Assembly: GCA_964016885.1 (NCBI GenBank)
Contig: OZ024748.1
Span: 25,792,001 to 25,856,000, forward strand
From: Eledone cirrhosa
Lineage: Eukaryota
Reading direction: 5' to 3'
DNA length: 64,000 nucleotides
Below the pieces are notes generated by a model. It did no database searches and was not told where the DNA came from. It worked only from the letters and a program-made list of their open reading frames with translations. A program made the position numbers and the translations under genes. Shown here piece by piece: positions 61,063 through 64,000 of the stretch. Positions within the stretch are counted from its first letter, which is position 1. Every line of letters starts with the position of its first letter.

Positions 61063-62019
61063 GTCTTTGGTGTATAAGAACTCCAATTAAAATAATATCT
61101 TTATTATATTAACTAATATTGAATATTAAGGTTCATAAAATATTTATCTAATGTTCATTGGTGCTTTAGCTTTAAATTTAGTTTCCAATTAGATTGATAA
61201 AGTAATGAACCCAATTAAAAAAAAGGGCCTGGAGGGGGATGGGCTTTGCCAAGTTTAAGTGCCATATATCGCAATGATGATGATGATGTTGTTGTCCTTG
61301 ACAAATCATTTGAAACCAATGGTAGTAGGATCAGGAGAGTGTCAGGCAACATACTTTGTGGTATATGGTTACGTCCCTTTACATTCTGAGATCAAATCCC
61401 GCCGAGGTTGACTTTGCCTTTCATCCCTACGGGGTCAATAAAATAAAGTACCAGTAACGTACTGGGGTCAATTTAATCGACCCCCCCCCCCCCCCCATAA
61501 AAAAAAGCAACTCTAAAAAAACTGTTGACCTTGTGCCTAAATCAGAAGCCCTTTTACTGTTTAATTGTTAGCATAGAGTTGGGAAGGTTCATAGAATTTC
61601 TGCATAATATCTGAATTAAGAGAACCCATTAACATCATCATCATCATACAGTTTAAAGAGTACCTTTTTTAATTAAAATCTTCCAGTATTAATTTAATAT
61701 AAGAACCTTTTGTTATATTATATTACAAATACCATTTTAACATTTAAATAATTAATAATTGTCGTAAATCCCTCAAAATTTTCATTAATTGAAATACATT
61801 ATATTTCATTAAAAATATGGTCATGAAAGGGTTAATACTTTAGTACAACAATTCTCAAGCTGAAAAATACTGCCCCCCCCCCCCCCCCTCCACACACACA
61901 CAACTCTCAACCCAAATATTAGTGAAATATTTTCCTACTTCATTCTTTATTAACAAACAGACAAAACAGTTATATTGTTTCACATAACATTAAAATAGAG
62001 TTATATCATTTCATACAAT

Positions 62020-62257
62020 ATTATCATACACACAACACACAAAAGCAAGATGGTGTAGGATAGAACAAAGGAGAAACACAAAATAAGAAATCAGTCACTG
62101 AGAAGGTCACAGAATGTGTGACAAAAGAGCTTTGACTATATATAACCATCCGGTTATTGAACCAACCAACTGGAAATTTATAATAAATTAAAGTGAAAAC
62201 CAACAGGTGCATGTGTTTTTATTGGCAGCATGACCCTCCCAAAGTATAACAATATAA
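62020..62257 (+). mobile_element. Diverged 3'-terminal fragment related to the Penelope-like element end at 5803
   Basis: ATGACCCTCCCAAAGTATAACAATATA (62230-62256) matches the reverse complement of 5800-5826 with one mismatch. Confidence 0.6.
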
Positions 62258-62360
62258 TAGAGTTTTATCATATAACAAACTTATATTATAATAGATTTAT
62301 GGCTATTAAAAAGAAAAAAACAAACAAATTATAGACTGTATACAGAAATTATAGAATGTA

Positions 62361-62557
62361 TGAAGGTCAGCTGAAAAGTTCATAGGCTGTCTATACAAGA
62401 GTTATGCTAGAGTTGTGAAATCTTGCATGCATTAATTTCAACTTTCCTTATTAATAACTGCATTGTTTCTTTCCAGGGACTATGTTGAAAAATAACCTCA
62501 TGTGGTCATTCCATGAGAGTATCTTGGTCAGCCTATGAACATTTCAGCCAACCTTCG
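62361..62557. mobile_element. Mariner-type MITE with ~29-bp TIRs and TA target duplication
   Basis: TA|TGAAGGTCAGCTGAAAAGTTCATAGGCTG ... CAGCCTATGAACATTTCAGCCAACCTTCG|TA. Confidence 0.85.
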
Positions 62558-62658
62558 TATATAGAAATTATAGGATATATAGAAGAATTGAGAAAGGAAA
62601 CAGTTTTTTTTTTAGTATTTCATGAAGTTAAAAACAGAGAAGATAGTTGAGATATTAA

Positions 62659-62879
62659 CACTTTAGCATTTACATTACTCCATATTTACTATTTTATTTT
62701 CACGGTAAACACTTTATTTCACATAATTATCTCACATAATATCAAATCTACAAGATTTTGATATTACTTATTTTGAGAGCAATACCTTAACATAAGTATG
62801 AGCAGCTGGTTATGGTTGGTTAGAACAGAAATAGGTGAGAGAATTATGGCCAGATACAGCCAGTTTAAATGCTAAAGGG
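62659..62879. mobile_element. Second family of TTAA-type MITE
   Basis: TTAA|CACTTTAGCATTTA ... TAAATGCTAAAGGG|TTAA. Confidence 0.75.
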
Positions 62880-63414
62880 TTAAGGCAGTAGGCCATATAT
62901 ATCCTTTTTTATACAAAACTTTGCCTTGGAGTTAGTTTTGTAAATAAGTTCTCAGCAAGTCAAAATTTGCACCTTAGATTCAATTCCCAGTTGAAGTGAA
63001 TTCAATTATAGCTTTGATAAATGCATGAATGTCACACAATCTCATTCCTCTTTCCTGTATAAGTGGGACTTTATTATTGACTAAGAAATCAATATTCCAT
63101 AGAATTCTGTCATGGGTGAGTGGTTAATGGTTAAAATAAATCAATAATCCATTATTTCTAAGAAAGATTAAATGGATTTCGAAGAAAAATGCTTGTTAAT
63201 GTAACTTAAGAAGAAAATAAACAAAACAAAAAGGAAAAGGCTAAAAGTGTCTTCATGTAGAAACATTGATAACTGTTAGTATCATATTGATTTGCAATGA
63301 GATGACAGTATGTACGGATGTATGGACCCATGACTAGTGCTGGAGTCAAAGGGACACTGTCATGACACACACCATTTCTTGGGCACTTTAAACCTGAGAG
63401 AACTCATCTTCTCA

Positions 63415-64000
63415 CCAAGTCTGAACACAGCCAATTTCTGCCACAGAGAGAGAGACCAGGTCTGAACACAGCCAATTTCTTCCAAAGTGAGAAGAGGGGG
63501 AAGAGACAGAAAGAGAGCCAGTTCACCAGTCTAGGTCTGAACACAGCCGATTTCTTCCAAAGTGAGAAGAAGAGGAAGAGACAAAAAGAGAGCCAGTTCC
63601 CCAGTCTAGGTCTGAACACAGCCAATTTCTTCCAAAGTGAGAAGAAGAGGAAGAGACAGAAAGAGAGCCAGTTCACCAGTCTAGGTCTGAACACAGCCAA
63701 TTTCTTCCAAAGTGAGAAGAGGGGGAAGAGACAAAAAGAGAGCCAGTTCACCAGTCTAGGTCTGAACACAGCCAATTTCTTCCAAAGTGAGAAGAGGGGG
63801 AAGAGACAAAAAGAGAGCCAGTTCACCAGTCTAGGTCTGAACACAGCCAATTTCTTCCAAAGTGAGAAGAGGAGGAAGAGACAGAAAGAGAGCCAGTTCA
63901 CCAGTCTAGGTCTGAACACAGCCAATTTCTTCCAAAGTGAGAAGAAGTGGAAGAGACAAAAAGAGAGCCAGTTCCCCAGTCTAGGTCTGAACACAGCCAA
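63415..64000. repeat. Homogeneous 75-bp minisatellite, 7+ units, running off the window
   Basis: CTAGGTCTGAACACAGCC recurs at 63531, 63606, 63681, 63756, 63831, 63906 and 63981. Confidence 0.97.

Noticed and set aside
63404-64000. CRISPR array
   Set aside because: The units are contiguous tandem repeats with no unique spacers, in a eukaryotic context with no cas genes.

Overview
Eukaryotic (animal) DNA, most likely a coleoid cephalopod such as Octopus, judged from the huge (TA)/(TACA) microsatellites and the repeat families; the taxon is an inference. The only host coding sequence I can support is the first coding exon of an AGAP1/AGAP3 (centaurin-gamma, CenG1A) orthologue on the minus strand (40049..39875, with a phase-1 GTTAGT donor). 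Positions 1-39874 are therefore most likely part of a >39 kb first intron. Its left 35 kb is a giant AT-rich microsatellite array riddled with retroelements: two RTE-clade LINE families, four near-identical tRNA-derived SINEs sharing a 3' tail with one of those LINEs, a nearly complete Penelope-like (RT + GIY-YIG) element with an in-frame Asn-rich tract, a degenerate hammerhead ribozyme, CR1-type fragments, and a 200-N assembly gap. The right part (40-64 kb) holds a putative promoter, an old full-length RTE LINE, a complete but decayed Tigger/pogo transposon with TIRs, TTAA and TA MITEs, long fold-back palindromes, older SINEs and a 75-bp minisatellite. All of the long Tyr/Ile-repeat ORFs are microsatellite artefacts. 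I found no clear novel gene system; the most interesting signals concern retroelement biology and intronic RNA structure.
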